A stretch of DNA of 64,000 bases from an uncultured Acidobacteriota bacterium (GTDB lineage: Bacteria; Acidobacteriota; Terriglobia; Terriglobales; Acidobacteriaceae), in NCBI GenBank assembly GCA_963712365.1, contig CAVQHO010000001.1, forward strand, positions 32,608 to 96,607. Reading direction: 5' to 3'. The notes below the pieces were generated by a model. The model was not told where the DNA came from, made no database searches, and worked only from the letters and a program-made list of their open reading frames with translations. How positions within the stretch are numbered: the first letter of the stretch is position 1; the number at the start of each line of letters is the position of its first letter. The position numbers were made by a program, and so were the translations under genes. Below are positions 1 to 8,694 of this stretch, one piece after another.

Positions 1-152
1 CAGCGGATTCGTCAACCGAAGTCTCATTCCACTCGCCACACGAGGCGCATTGAAAGCCTGCTTCCATCGAATTGAGGATATCGCAACGACTCGTCAGAGG
101 AGCGTCGCTCACCCCTATAATGGCCGGACTCGTTAATTGCCCTGGAGGCTCG

Positions 153-1445
153 ATGTTTTCTCGGCGACGGTTCTTGAAGTTGAGCGGCTTGACCGCTGGC
201 GTGGCGACTGCAAACCCTTGGCTTGGTCGCGCCGCTGCCAGCGTTCCCGACGAAGCAAACGTGCCACCGTCAATCGCACGCCTGACATCGCGGAAGAATG
301 AGGCCGTACCGATCACTCGGGAAGAACGCCAACAGAGGCAGGAACGCGCGCGCAAATTGATGGCAGAACATTCGATGGATGCCATCGTTCTAATGGAAGG
401 TACATCGCTCAAGTACTTCACCGGCATTCGATGGTGGGGTGGAGAGCGCGCGTTCGCGCTGGTGCTGCCTGTGAAGGGGGCTGCTTTCTACGTTTGTCCC
501 GCATTTGAGGAAGGCCGCGCGCGCGAGCAGATTGCCAACGCTCCGGACGGTGCCCACCCTGACGTTCGCATCTGGCAGGAAGATGAAAATCCTTATGAAC
601 GAATCGCACAAGGCCTCAAGGATCGCGCCATTTCGGGTGGCAAAGTAGGAATCGAAGAGACGATTCATTTCGTCTTCGCTGACGGCATCAGCAAGGCTTC
701 ACCTCAAGCTTCTGTGGCGAGCGCGACACCGGTAACCGCAGGATGTCGCATGATCAAGACCCCGAGCGAGATAGCCCTGATGCGCTTAGCCTCTCAAGTT
801 ACGCTGGCGGCTTATGAGGGCGCGTATCTAGCGGTTAAAGATGGAATGACTCAACCGGAACTGGAAGAACTTGTTCGACTCGCCCATGAAAAACTCGGTT
901 TCGTGGGCGGGGCCGACGTCCAAGTTGGAGAGTTTTCCGCATTTCCTCATGGTTCCGTCACGCCACAAGTCGTGCACGAAGGCACGATCGTCTTGATGGA
1001 CGGTGGCTGTACTGCCGAGGGCTACCAATCCGATATCAGCCGAACTTACGTGCTCGGCAAAGCGTCGGACAAGATGAAGTCAGTATTCGACATCGTGCAC
1101 CGGGCACAATCGGCGGCGCTTGCCGCCGCCCGACCGGGAGTCGAGTGCGGAGCTATCGACGACGCCGCCCGCAAGGTGATCGTGGATGGCGGATACGGTC
1201 CCGACTACAAGTTCTTCACCCATCGGCTTGGCCACGGCTTGGGAACGGATGGGCATGAGTGGCCGTATCTGGTCCGCGGCAATCGCACCAAGTTGCAGGC
1301 GAATATCACGACCAGCGACGAACCTGGGATTTATATTCCCGGCGAATTTGGAATTCGATTGGAAGACGACATGCACGTTACTGAGGATGGCGCAGAATTG
1401 TTCACGCCCCAAAGCCCTTCACTGGAGAACCCGTTCGGCCGCTAG
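153..1445 (+). CDS. M24 family Xaa-Pro aminopeptidase/dipeptidase, Tat-exported
   Basis: ORF 72..1445. The internal ATG at 153 begins a twin-arginine signal (MFSRRRFLKLSGLTAGVATA). C-terminal pita-bread motifs HRLGHGLGTDGHEWP and EPGIYIPGEFGIRLEDD are present. Confidence 0.85.
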   Translation: MFSRRRFLKLSGLTAGVATANPWLGRAAASVPDEANVPPSIARLTSRKNEAVPITREERQQRQERARKLMAEHSMDAIVLMEGTSLKYFTGIRWWGGERAFALVLPVKGAAFYVCPAFEEGRAREQIANAPDGAHPDVRIWQEDENPYERIAQGLKDRAISGGKVGIEETIHFVFADGISKASPQASVASATPVTAGCRMIKTPSEIALMRLASQVTLAAYEGAYLAVKDGMTQPELEELVRLAHEKLGFVGGADVQVGEFSAFPHGSVTPQVVHEGTIVLMDGGCTAEGYQSDISRTYVLGKASDKMKSVFDIVHRAQSAALAAARPGVECGAIDDAARKVIVDGGYGPDYKFFTHRLGHGLGTDGHEWPYLVRGNRTKLQANITTSDEPGIYIPGEFGIRLEDDMHVTEDGAELFTPQSPSLENPFGR

Positions 1446-1465
1446 AACCGGCTCAAATTCATTCA

Positions 1466-1535
1466 CCACAAGGGACACAAAGATCCACGAAGAAATCCGC
1501 AGGTTTACCTTCGTGAAACCTCGTGCCCTTAGTGG
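1466..1535. terminator. Nested inverted repeats between convergent genes (possible bidirectional terminator)
   Basis: CCACAAGGGACAC (1466-1478) pairs with GTGCCCTTAGTGG (1523-1535). Inner CACGAAG (1486-1492) pairs with CTTCGTG (1509-1515). There is no clear U-tract. Confidence 0.3.
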
Positions 1536-1547
1536 TAAATGATTTTT

Positions 1548-2135
1548 CTACGCCTCAGGAACGGGCGGGCAGCCAGGAAATTCTGAAACGAAAGTGTTCC
1601 CGATGTATCCCAAGTACTCGATACCAATCTCGCTGGTGAAAAATCCATCGGCGGTGAGCTTTCGCAGGAAAGCGAAGAACTCGATTCCTTGTCCAAGGCT
1701 GGGATCTTTCTTTGCGTTCTTCCGGTAGGCGATCAGGTCGAGGATTTCTTTCTGCTGTTGCGGACTGCACTCGAGGTAAGCCTTCTCGTAGCGATCGATG
1801 CATGTGTTATCCAGCCACATCAATCCGCCCCCTAGCGCGACCTGGTACTCCGCATTCTCGCTGGTGATCAGATCGATGAACTCGGGTGCACCGGCCTCGA
1901 GCGCGCCTTTCGATTCTTCGTCCGGCGGAATGATCGTATTGCAGAGGCTGCGCAGAGTCTTGTAAGCGCGAGGGGAAAAGAATTTGGGAGTGTATTCGTG
2001 ATTAGTGCCCGACTTTTCCTGGCGTACCATGCGGTGCGCATATTCGGCCGCTTCCAGAGGAATCACTCGCAACACCGAACCGGTGACTGCGGTAAGCGTA
2101 AGCGATTTGAGGATGTCACGCCGGGAAATTGTCAT
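1548..2135 (-). CDS. Gluconate 2-dehydrogenase subunit 3 family protein (small Tat-signal subunit of a GMC dehydrogenase)
   Basis: ORF 1548..2300. The internal ATG at 2135 gives the Tat signal MTISRRDILKSLTLTAVTG. It lies 15 nt downstream of the GMC gene on the same strand. Confidence 0.8.
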   Translation of the reverse strand: MTISRRDILKSLTLTAVTGSVLRVIPLEAAEYAHRMVRQEKSGTNHEYTPKFFSPRAYKTLRSLCNTIIPPDEESKGALEAGAPEFIDLITSENAEYQVALGGGLMWLDNTCIDRYEKAYLECSPQQQKEILDLIAYRKNAKKDPSLGQGIEFFAFLRKLTADGFFTSEIGIEYLGYIGNTFVSEFPGCPPVPEA

Positions 2136-2149
2136 TGCCTGATGCCCTG

Positions 2150-3853
2150 TTACAAATTTCCTTTCTTCGCCTGATCCAAAATGTAGTCCGAGGCGCGCCA
2201 TGTAAGCGCCATGATCGTCAACGTTGGGTTCTTGTCCGCATTCGTGACAAAGCTTGCTCCATCGGTGACAAAAAGGTTTTTCACGTCGTGAGCCTGACAA
2301 TACTGATTCAGAGCGGAAGTATTTGGGCGGTCGCCCATTCGCACAGTTCCGACTTCGTGGATGATGACTCCGCCGTCAGCGATACCATACGGGTGGGCAC
2401 CATCTTCGCGCGTCGACGTAAGGTACGTTCCTCCGGCCGATTCCACAATCTCGCGGTAAGTCTCCTGCATATCCTTGGCCATCTTGATTTCGTTGTCACT
2501 GAATTTCCAATGAAACCTGAGTACCGGGATGCCCCATTTATCCACAACACTGGGATCAATCTCGCAATAGCAATTTTCGTTGGGAATCATCTCACCACGT
2601 CCGGCGAAACCGATGTAAGTTCCGTACTTGCTCTTGCACTCTTTTTTCAACGAAGTGCCATACCCCTCGACGCGATCGCAGAGATCGTCGTAATCGCCTA
2701 CGCCCGGCATCCCGCGGCCACCGCCGAATTCGGTGTGGTATCCCCGCAGAAAATCATTCTTGCGGTCGAACTTCCACCACGGCAGATACATGTGCATGCC
2801 ACCCACGCCATCGTGGTTGTGTGCAGGCATCTTCTCGAGTTGCGGAAAATATCCGCCGCCATCGCTGCCGACCGTATCCATAAGGTTTCGCCCCACGACG
2901 CCGGAGGAATTCGCCAGTCCATCAGGGAACAACGTCGATTTCGAATTCAGCAGAAGCCTTGCGGATTCGCAGGCGCTGGCCGCCACAATGAACGCACGGG
3001 CGTGAATGCGACGCTCTTCCCTGGAAGACTTGTCGATGTAAGATACGGCCGCAACCTTTCCGTCTTTGCCAACGATCAACTCCCGCGCCATCGCTCCGGT
3101 GATCATGGTGAAGCGGCCGGTCTTCTCGGCAGGCGGAATCATGACCTGGCTCGAGCTGAAGTTCGAGGCGGTCACGCATCCCCTGCCACACTGGGCGCAG
3201 TAGTGACATGCGGCGCGACCGTTGTGGGGCTGAGTTAGAATCGCCAGCCGCGATGGGATACACAAGATGCTGAGCTTGTCGCAGGCCTTCTTGATGATCG
3301 TTTCCGTACAGCGAGGCTTCGGAGGAGGAAGAAAAATTCCGTCGGGGGCGCTGGAGATATTCTCCTTCGTCCCGAAGACTCCTATGTAGGACTCCACCTT
3401 GTCGTAATATGGCGCTACATCTTTGTACTCAAGCGGCCAATCATCGCCCATGCCGTCATGCGATCGAACTTTGAAGTCCACAGGAGCCATTCGCAGCGCG
3501 ATGCGTCCCCAGTGGTTGGTGCGCCCTCCGACAATGCGCGACCGAAACCAACGAAAGTTTGAGCCGGGAGCCGAAACGTAGGGCTCACCTTCGATCTCCC
3601 ACGCGCCGTTCGGCGCAAGGAACTCGTCATCCAGACCAGCACGGGCTCTGCCCCCCACACCTGCCCCTCGATGCGGGAGGTCGTAAGGCCATACGTGTTC
3701 CTTGTAATCTCGTTCAGGTACGACGGGAGGGCCTGCTTCTAGCAAGGCTACATTCAGGCCGCCTTCCGCGAGCACCTTTGCGGCGGTGCCCCCGGACGCG
3801 CCGGAGCCAATAATGCAGACATCATAAGTTTTAGGCGTGCGCCTGACCTGCAT
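2150..3853 (-). CDS. GMC family FAD-dependent oxidoreductase (no signal peptide of its own)
   Basis: N-terminal Rossmann motif DVCIIGSGASGGTAAKVLAEGGLNVALLEAG. C-terminal GMC signature HEVGTVRMG...LFVTDGASF. 567 aa. Confidence 0.9.
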   Translation of the reverse strand: MQVRRTPKTYDVCIIGSGASGGTAAKVLAEGGLNVALLEAGPPVVPERDYKEHVWPYDLPHRGAGVGGRARAGLDDEFLAPNGAWEIEGEPYVSAPGSNFRWFRSRIVGGRTNHWGRIALRMAPVDFKVRSHDGMGDDWPLEYKDVAPYYDKVESYIGVFGTKENISSAPDGIFLPPPKPRCTETIIKKACDKLSILCIPSRLAILTQPHNGRAACHYCAQCGRGCVTASNFSSSQVMIPPAEKTGRFTMITGAMARELIVGKDGKVAAVSYIDKSSREERRIHARAFIVAASACESARLLLNSKSTLFPDGLANSSGVVGRNLMDTVGSDGGGYFPQLEKMPAHNHDGVGGMHMYLPWWKFDRKNDFLRGYHTEFGGGRGMPGVGDYDDLCDRVEGYGTSLKKECKSKYGTYIGFAGRGEMIPNENCYCEIDPSVVDKWGIPVLRFHWKFSDNEIKMAKDMQETYREIVESAGGTYLTSTREDGAHPYGIADGGVIIHEVGTVRMGDRPNTSALNQYCQAHDVKNLFVTDGASFVTNADKNPTLTIMALTWRASDYILDQAKKGNL

Positions 3854-3881
3854 GAAACCCCATAAACCCGTTTATTGGAAT

Positions 3882-3905
3882 CCGCCGCCGCGGGAGCGGC
3901 GGCGG
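3882..3905 (-). terminator. GC-rich hairpin downstream of the isomerase gene
   Basis: CCGCCGCCGC-GGGA-GCGGCGGCGG is a perfect 10-bp stem, 19 nt after the stop at 3924. The U-tract is weak. Confidence 0.4.
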
Positions 3906-3923
3906 CTGAGCACTATTCGCTTA

Positions 3924-4814
3924 TTACCAGCGTAGTTTCGCGAGGTAGTCGTAGCTGCCCTTGATGCTTTCGAGGGGCTGCTTCGGGTGATCGTGTTCCA
4001 CAATGTAGTGCTTGATTCCGGCTTTCTCTGACTGCGCGAAGATGCGCTTCCAGTCGATGATGCCGCTGCCTACTTCGGTCAGGTCGACAGTGTCGCCGAA
4101 ATTCTGCGAACCGCCCGTGGAAATCTTGGGAAGCGTCTTGACGTCTTTCACGTGTACAAGCGGGAAGCGCCCCGGGTAGGCATTGAAATACTTGAGCGGA
4201 TCGGTGCCGGTCGTGGTGATCCAGCAAAGATCCATTTCCATTTTCACCAGGTTGGCATCGCAAAGCTTGAGCAATTCGTCATAAGGGAGCTTGCCGTCGG
4301 TGGGCAGAAATTCGAACCAGTGATTGTGATAGCCGAACTGCATCCCGGCTTGTTTCGTCTGTTCTCCACACTTGTTGAACTTGTCCGCGGCCTGCTTCCA
4401 GATATCGGGGGATTTGCGTAGTTCCTCCGGAATCCAGGGGCAAATGACATACTCGAGACCGATAGCCTTCGAGAACTCAAGCATCGACGGGAACTTCTCG
4501 TCGAGTTCGTCATATTGAACGTGGGCGGCGGGAGCCTTCAGGCCGTTTTTGTCGAGGACTGCCTTCACCTGAGGCGCGGTATGGCCGAAGTATCCGGCAA
4601 ATTCGACTTCCTTGTAGCCGATCTGCGCGACCTTGGCGATCGTTCCTTCAAAGTCGTCCTTCATCAGATCGCGGACGGTATAGAGTTGCACGCCGACCTT
4701 GTTGATTTTGTGTTCGCCAGCGGCCCAGCCTAAGCGGCTGGTGATTAAAGTTCCCGCAGCGACCGCGGCTGCGGTCTCGAGAAATCTTCGTCGATTCATG
4801 GCATGAAAACTCAT
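3924..4814 (-). CDS. Sugar phosphate isomerase/epimerase (xylose isomerase-like TIM barrel), Tat-exported
   Basis: ORF 3924..4973. ATG at 4814 (or 4799) gives MSFHAMNRRRFLETAAAVAAGTL. Family-typical VGVQLYTVRD...IGYKEVEFAGYF. Confidence 0.85.
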   Translation of the reverse strand: MSFHAMNRRRFLETAAAVAAGTLITSRLGWAAGEHKINKVGVQLYTVRDLMKDDFEGTIAKVAQIGYKEVEFAGYFGHTAPQVKAVLDKNGLKAPAAHVQYDELDEKFPSMLEFSKAIGLEYVICPWIPEELRKSPDIWKQAADKFNKCGEQTKQAGMQFGYHNHWFEFLPTDGKLPYDELLKLCDANLVKMEMDLCWITTTGTDPLKYFNAYPGRFPLVHVKDVKTLPKISTGGSQNFGDTVDLTEVGSGIIDWKRIFAQSEKAGIKHYIVEHDHPKQPLESIKGSYDYLAKLRW

Positions 4815-4979
4815 GATGGCTTTCCTCCGTGGTTCCGTTGGGGCGGAAGTCAAATCCCGGAGCATTATACGCGGGCGGGCAGGTTTGAGCCGTGAGTTGA
4901 AAACTGTATGCGGATTCATCCGAGGGGCAGTCCCACGTTGAACAGGGGAGGACCACAGATCCTCCCCACGCACCGATCC

Positions 4980-5525
4980 TTACTTCGAACCCTCAACTTT
5001 CAAATTGTTCGTTACAGAAAAAACGTTGGGCACGCCATTCGCCCTAACGGTTACTAGATTTTTATCCGCTTCGCTGTCTACCACACCTTCGAGGGTAACG
5101 CGCCCGTTCTTCACGATTATTCGAATCGGCTTCTGTACGCCTAACGAATATTTCTCAAGAGCCGGATATCCGTAAATGGCGCGGAAAATTTGGATTCGAA
5201 TGCTATCGTCCATCGAAGAAGGTGGCAGTACCTCAATCTGGTTGTCGACCTTCTCAACTCCCTCAACGTGCTTTACAGCGTTCTCGGCGTCCGACTTCAA
5301 CGATGGACGAACAACTTGTCCCATCAAAGTGACCGTACCACCGTCAACCTTGAAGGCCAGGTTATCGAACACTCCGAAATAGGGCAGCATCAGCAATTCG
5401 TGCCGCACTTCCCGGGCAATGCGATCTTGCGGTTTTGACTGATCCTGCGTTGCATTCTGCGCCACGGATGTGACGGTGGCCAAGAACAAAAGGCTTAAAA
5501 AAACTACTAGTAATCTGGGTTTCAT
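4980..5525 (-). CDS. BON domain-containing exported protein (two BON repeats)
   Basis: Signal peptide MKPRLLVVFLSLLFLATVTSVAQ. Two repeats of the V..G.VTL.G.V......A....V..V.GV..V.N.I.V pattern. Confidence 0.8.
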   Translation of the reverse strand: MKPRLLVVFLSLLFLATVTSVAQNATQDQSKPQDRIAREVRHELLMLPYFGVFDNLAFKVDGGTVTLMGQVVRPSLKSDAENAVKHVEGVEKVDNQIEVLPPSSMDDSIRIQIFRAIYGYPALEKYSLGVQKPIRIIVKNGRVTLEGVVDSEADKNLVTVRANGVPNVFSVTNNLKVEGSK

Positions 5526-5672
5526 ACACTTTCTCCTTACTTTGCGCTTTTTAGTGGATGCACTTTTAGGCCGGATAGTTGGAAGTTTGAGTTACGCAAG
5601 TTCAAAAGACCTGCATCGCTGTCCACAATATTCAACCTCGGGATTGAGAATGGACTACGTACTACCAAATGC

Positions 5673-6332
5673 CTAGAGATAGGTCAGACTTAGTGCTAGA
5701 GATTTGCCGCGTCCAAGCAGATGGACATCTGCACAATTTCGTAAGAGCCAGTTGGCCCCTGCCTCTTCCAGGACCGGCTTTGGGACCGTGGTTGTAAAGG
5801 CAATCACTTTTGCGCCTGACTGCTTACCGGAACGCACTCCGGCTGGTACATCCTCAAAAACCACACAGTCGTTGGCCGAAAATCCGAGAAGGGCTGCGCC
5901 TTTCAGATATGGCTCAGGATGGGGCTTTCCATGCGTAATGTCGTTGGAGGTGATCATTTTCTGTGGCAACGGCAATCCTGCGGCGGCAATCCGTACCTCA
6001 GCTAGCGCGCGAGTGCAGGAGGTCACAATCGTCCACCGGGCCTGCGGAAGGCTGGTTAATAAATCGAGCGCCCCGGGTAGTGGAACCACTCCTTCCAAGT
6101 CTTCGATCTCGCGCCGTTCCACCTCTCGGTTCTCGGCCTCATGATCCGCGTTGGGCAGGTATTCGCGCACGGTCGTGAGGCTCGGCCTGCCGTGGGCTCG
6201 AGCGACTACTTCGTCCGGATTGAACCCGTGCTCGGTCGCCCATTTTCGCCAAACACGCGCCACGGCGGGTGTGGAGTTGATTAAGACGCCATCCAGATCA
6301 AAAAGCAGAGCGTCACAATGAACCTCGGTCAT
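5673..6332 (-). CDS. HAD-IA family hydrolase (sugar-phosphatase / beta-phosphoglucomutase-like)
   Basis: LFDLDGVLINS (motif I), HGKPHPEPYL and FEDVPAGVRSG. ATG at 6332 is preferred over the TTG at 6347. Confidence 0.85.
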   Translation of the reverse strand: MTEVHCDALLFDLDGVLINSTPAVARVWRKWATEHGFNPDEVVARAHGRPSLTTVREYLPNADHEAENREVERREIEDLEGVVPLPGALDLLTSLPQARWTIVTSCTRALAEVRIAAAGLPLPQKMITSNDITHGKPHPEPYLKGAALLGFSANDCVVFEDVPAGVRSGKQSGAKVIAFTTTVPKPVLEEAGANWLLRNCADVHLLGRGKSLALSLTYL

Positions 6333-6409
6333 CTGGTCGGCGTTCAAGGTGCCAGCGATTGTAAATCACCGCCTAGAACTCCTTGCAAGGTGCAGGCTTA
6401 GGCGAACTA

Positions 6410-6423
6410 GTGATGAATATCAC
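6410..6423. promoter_or_regulatory. Crp/Fnr-type palindrome GTGATGAATATCAC
   Basis: Perfect GTGAT-N4-ATCAC inverted repeat in the 477-bp gap between the HAD gene and the small Cys ORF/usp genes. Confidence 0.5.
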
Positions 6424-6477
6424 TCCGCTGAGTGCCTTGGGTCACCCCTCGCCAGACGATAGCGACATAGAATTTTT

Positions 6478-6801
6478 GTGTGGAGCAGAAGGACCTGCGC
6501 CGTGCCCTCGAAATGCGCGAATCCCGATCATTGCGAGCAGTTTCGATATCTGCCTCAGGGAAGACTTTTTCAGTTGGACTCGACTCCAGAAGTGCAAGCC
6601 GTGAGCAATGGTGCCCACGACGCTCTACATGAGCGATTTGGGTTGTGCGATCAGTGCTATAGGCGGCTGAAAGTCGTTTGGGACGGAACTCGGGCCACCA
6701 TCGTCAGCCTGCCGGTTGTCCGAGGCCACGAAAAAGGAAAGACACTTGCGACAAGACGATCTCGGAAACTCGGGGCGTCCGCCGGCCATCTGGTCCGATA
6801 A
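6478..6801 (+). CDS. Hypothetical small Cys-rich protein (possible zinc ribbon)
   Basis: ORF with a C-x5-C ... C-x2-C arrangement (KCANPDHCEQFRYLPQGRLFQL...FGLCDQCYRRLK). It ends 24 nt before the usp start. The start codon is uncertain (GTG at 6478). Confidence 0.4.
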   Translation: MWSRRTCAVPSKCANPDHCEQFRYLPQGRLFQLDSTPEVQAVSNGAHDALHERFGLCDQCYRRLKVVWDGTRATIVSLPVVRGHEKGKTLATRRSRKLGASAGHLVR

Positions 6802-6824
6802 CGCTGGCGGCATGGGAGGTGCCT

Positions 6825-7775
6825 ATGATCATTGAAGAAAGACAACTGCAAAGTGCGTCGGAGACTGTTCCTGTTTTCCGGCACATACTCGTTCCGGTGG
6901 ATTTCTCGTATCCGTCGCGCCGCGCTTTGGCCTTCGCAACGTCGCTGGCGCCGAAAGGTGCGCATTTGTCCGTCGCTCACGTCATGAACACGGACTGGCG
7001 CTATGAGATGCTTGAAAACCCTCCAGAAATTGACCTCGAACGTCACGACGCCAAGGAAAAGCTGAACTCGTTGGTCGGTGAGTTTGAGGAGGAGCGGAAG
7101 ATCGACAGCATTCTTGTGAGGCACGGGCCCATTGCACAAGCAATTCTGGCGCTTGCCAAAGAAGAATCGTCCGACTTGATTGTTATGGGTACACACGGAC
7201 GCGGCGGCCTTTCCAAGCTCGCTCTTGGGTCGGTTGCCGAAGAACTGCTGAGGAGCTCTTCTTCGCCCGTCCTGACAGTCGGACCGAAAGCTGAGATCAC
7301 ACCAGCTTGGCCCGTGTTCCAGACCATCCTCTTCGCTACCGATTTCGGCAGAGGCTCAACCGCCGCGCTGCCGCTCGCCCTGACTATTGCGTCGCGCTAC
7401 GAAGCGAAACTTATTTTGATGCACATGACTTCGCCGATACCAGCAGCCTCCGATAGCCTTGCCGCCTACGCCCCCGCCTCCGCTGCAGCCAACGAGTTGG
7501 AGGACTGGGAAACATGTTCGCGGAATCGCTCGCTGCAGGAGTTCAAACAATGGCTGCCTCGCCCAACCGGATTGGCACAAGAGCCTGAATACATCGTCGG
7601 CACTGAGTTCCTTTCGGACGCGATCCTGGAAGCAACGCATAAACGAAACATCGACCTCATCGTAATGGGTGCAAATAAAACGAGCGCACCTCGGCTTGCG
7701 GCGCACATCCCATGGACGGCTGTGCATGAGGTCGTGCACGATGCACCATGTCCGGTATTGACCGTCGCTGGATAA
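6825..7775 (+). CDS. Universal stress protein, tandem UspA domains
   Basis: ATG at 6825 is preceded by GGGAGG. Two Usp domains (ILVPVDFSYPS...DLIVMGTHGRGGLSKLALGSVAEELLRSSSSPVLTV and ILFATDFG...DLIVMGA...VHDAPCPVLTV). Confidence 0.85.
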   Translation: MIIEERQLQSASETVPVFRHILVPVDFSYPSRRALAFATSLAPKGAHLSVAHVMNTDWRYEMLENPPEIDLERHDAKEKLNSLVGEFEEERKIDSILVRHGPIAQAILALAKEESSDLIVMGTHGRGGLSKLALGSVAEELLRSSSSPVLTVGPKAEITPAWPVFQTILFATDFGRGSTAALPLALTIASRYEAKLILMHMTSPIPAASDSLAAYAPASAAANELEDWETCSRNRSLQEFKQWLPRPTGLAQEPEYIVGTEFLSDAILEATHKRNIDLIVMGANKTSAPRLAAHIPWTAVHEVVHDAPCPVLTVAG

Positions 7776-7795
7776 CAAACGGTGAAAACGACGTT

Positions 7796-8512
7796 TCAGG
7801 ACTGCACAATCTTTTCCAGCGCAGGACGATTGCGTATCAGAAGCGTTGAACCCTTGAGTTGCAGCAATTGTCGCTTCTTGAAATCGGAAAACAAGCGGCT
7901 CACGGTTTCACGGGTCGTGCCGATAATCTCAGCGATCTCTTCATGTGTGAGCGTCAACCTGACCTGAATCGATCCGTCACTCTGCACTGTTTTGCTTGAC
8001 CACGACAGCAACAGCTTGGCAAACTTTTCCGCCGGCGACGTGGCTAAACCCAAAGTCCGAATCTCTTCATAAGCCGTGTAGTAGTTGAGGCTGAGTTGTT
8101 CTGCTACGCGCAGCGCCACCTCGCCATGATCTTTGAGAAATTGCAGCAGCGATTCTCGCGGAATGAAATTAGCTTGGCCCGGCTCCATCATCTCGGCACT
8201 CACCTCATATGGGCGGTTGGAAACGACGGCGTTCAGGCCTAGCACATCTCCGCCTTCGGAGATTTTCGTGATGATCGTTTTTCCCTCGCGGGACGATGTA
8301 GAGAGTTTTGCTTTTCCCAGACACAGCAGGAATACGCCCCGGGGTTGCTGGCCTTCAATAAACAGCATGGCCCCCTTGGGGTAGACAGCGGTGGATTTTA
8401 TTTCGTTAAGGCGTTGTCCGGCGTGCACAGACAAGTTACAAAACAGATGCTCTTCTCTCACCGAACATGTAAGGCAGTTATCAAGAATATTTAGTCCGTA
8501 AGGGGCGCGCAT
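7796..8512 (-). CDS. Crp/Fnr family transcriptional regulator with N-terminal Cys cluster
   Basis: cNMP-binding beta-roll plus C-terminal HTH (LTHEEIAEIIGTTRETVSRLFSDFKK). N-terminal C-x2-C-x8-C (NCLTCSVREEHLFC) plus a Cys in FLLCLGK suggests an Fnr-like redox sensor. Confidence 0.9.
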   Translation of the reverse strand: MRAPYGLNILDNCLTCSVREEHLFCNLSVHAGQRLNEIKSTAVYPKGAMLFIEGQQPRGVFLLCLGKAKLSTSSREGKTIITKISEGGDVLGLNAVVSNRPYEVSAEMMEPGQANFIPRESLLQFLKDHGEVALRVAEQLSLNYYTAYEEIRTLGLATSPAEKFAKLLLSWSSKTVQSDGSIQVRLTLTHEEIAEIIGTTRETVSRLFSDFKKRQLLQLKGSTLLIRNRPALEKIVQS

Positions 8513-8559
8513 TACGCAGCACCTACCTTTCCAATGAATTGTAACTCCGAAAATTCGCG

Positions 8560-8607
8560 TGTGATTTGTGTCACGAGTGATCTAAATCACAGTTCACCGT
8601 GATCACA
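8560..8607. promoter_or_regulatory. Three adjacent Crp/Fnr-type palindromes in the crp / pat divergent region
   Basis: TGTGATTTGTGTCAC (8560-8574), GTGATCTAAATCAC (8577-8590) and GTGATCAC (8599-8606). Confidence 0.55.
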
Positions 8608-8694
8608 AGTACCGCGTTTCTAGGTGTGCAGCGTCAGCACAGCAGCGCCTTCCTGTCTATGCAAGAATGAAAAGCTGAGGAACCGAGGCGGCAA

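Noticed and set aside
2129-3238. Long antisense ORFs opposite well-supported genes (2129..3238, 10171..10947, 20644..21423, 27997..29241, 29518..30297, 31470..32753, 33158..34093).
   Set aside because: Their translations are Arg/Pro/Gly-rich, low-complexity and motif-free. They lie wholly inside genes with strong family signatures on the other strand, which is typical of GC-rich DNA.
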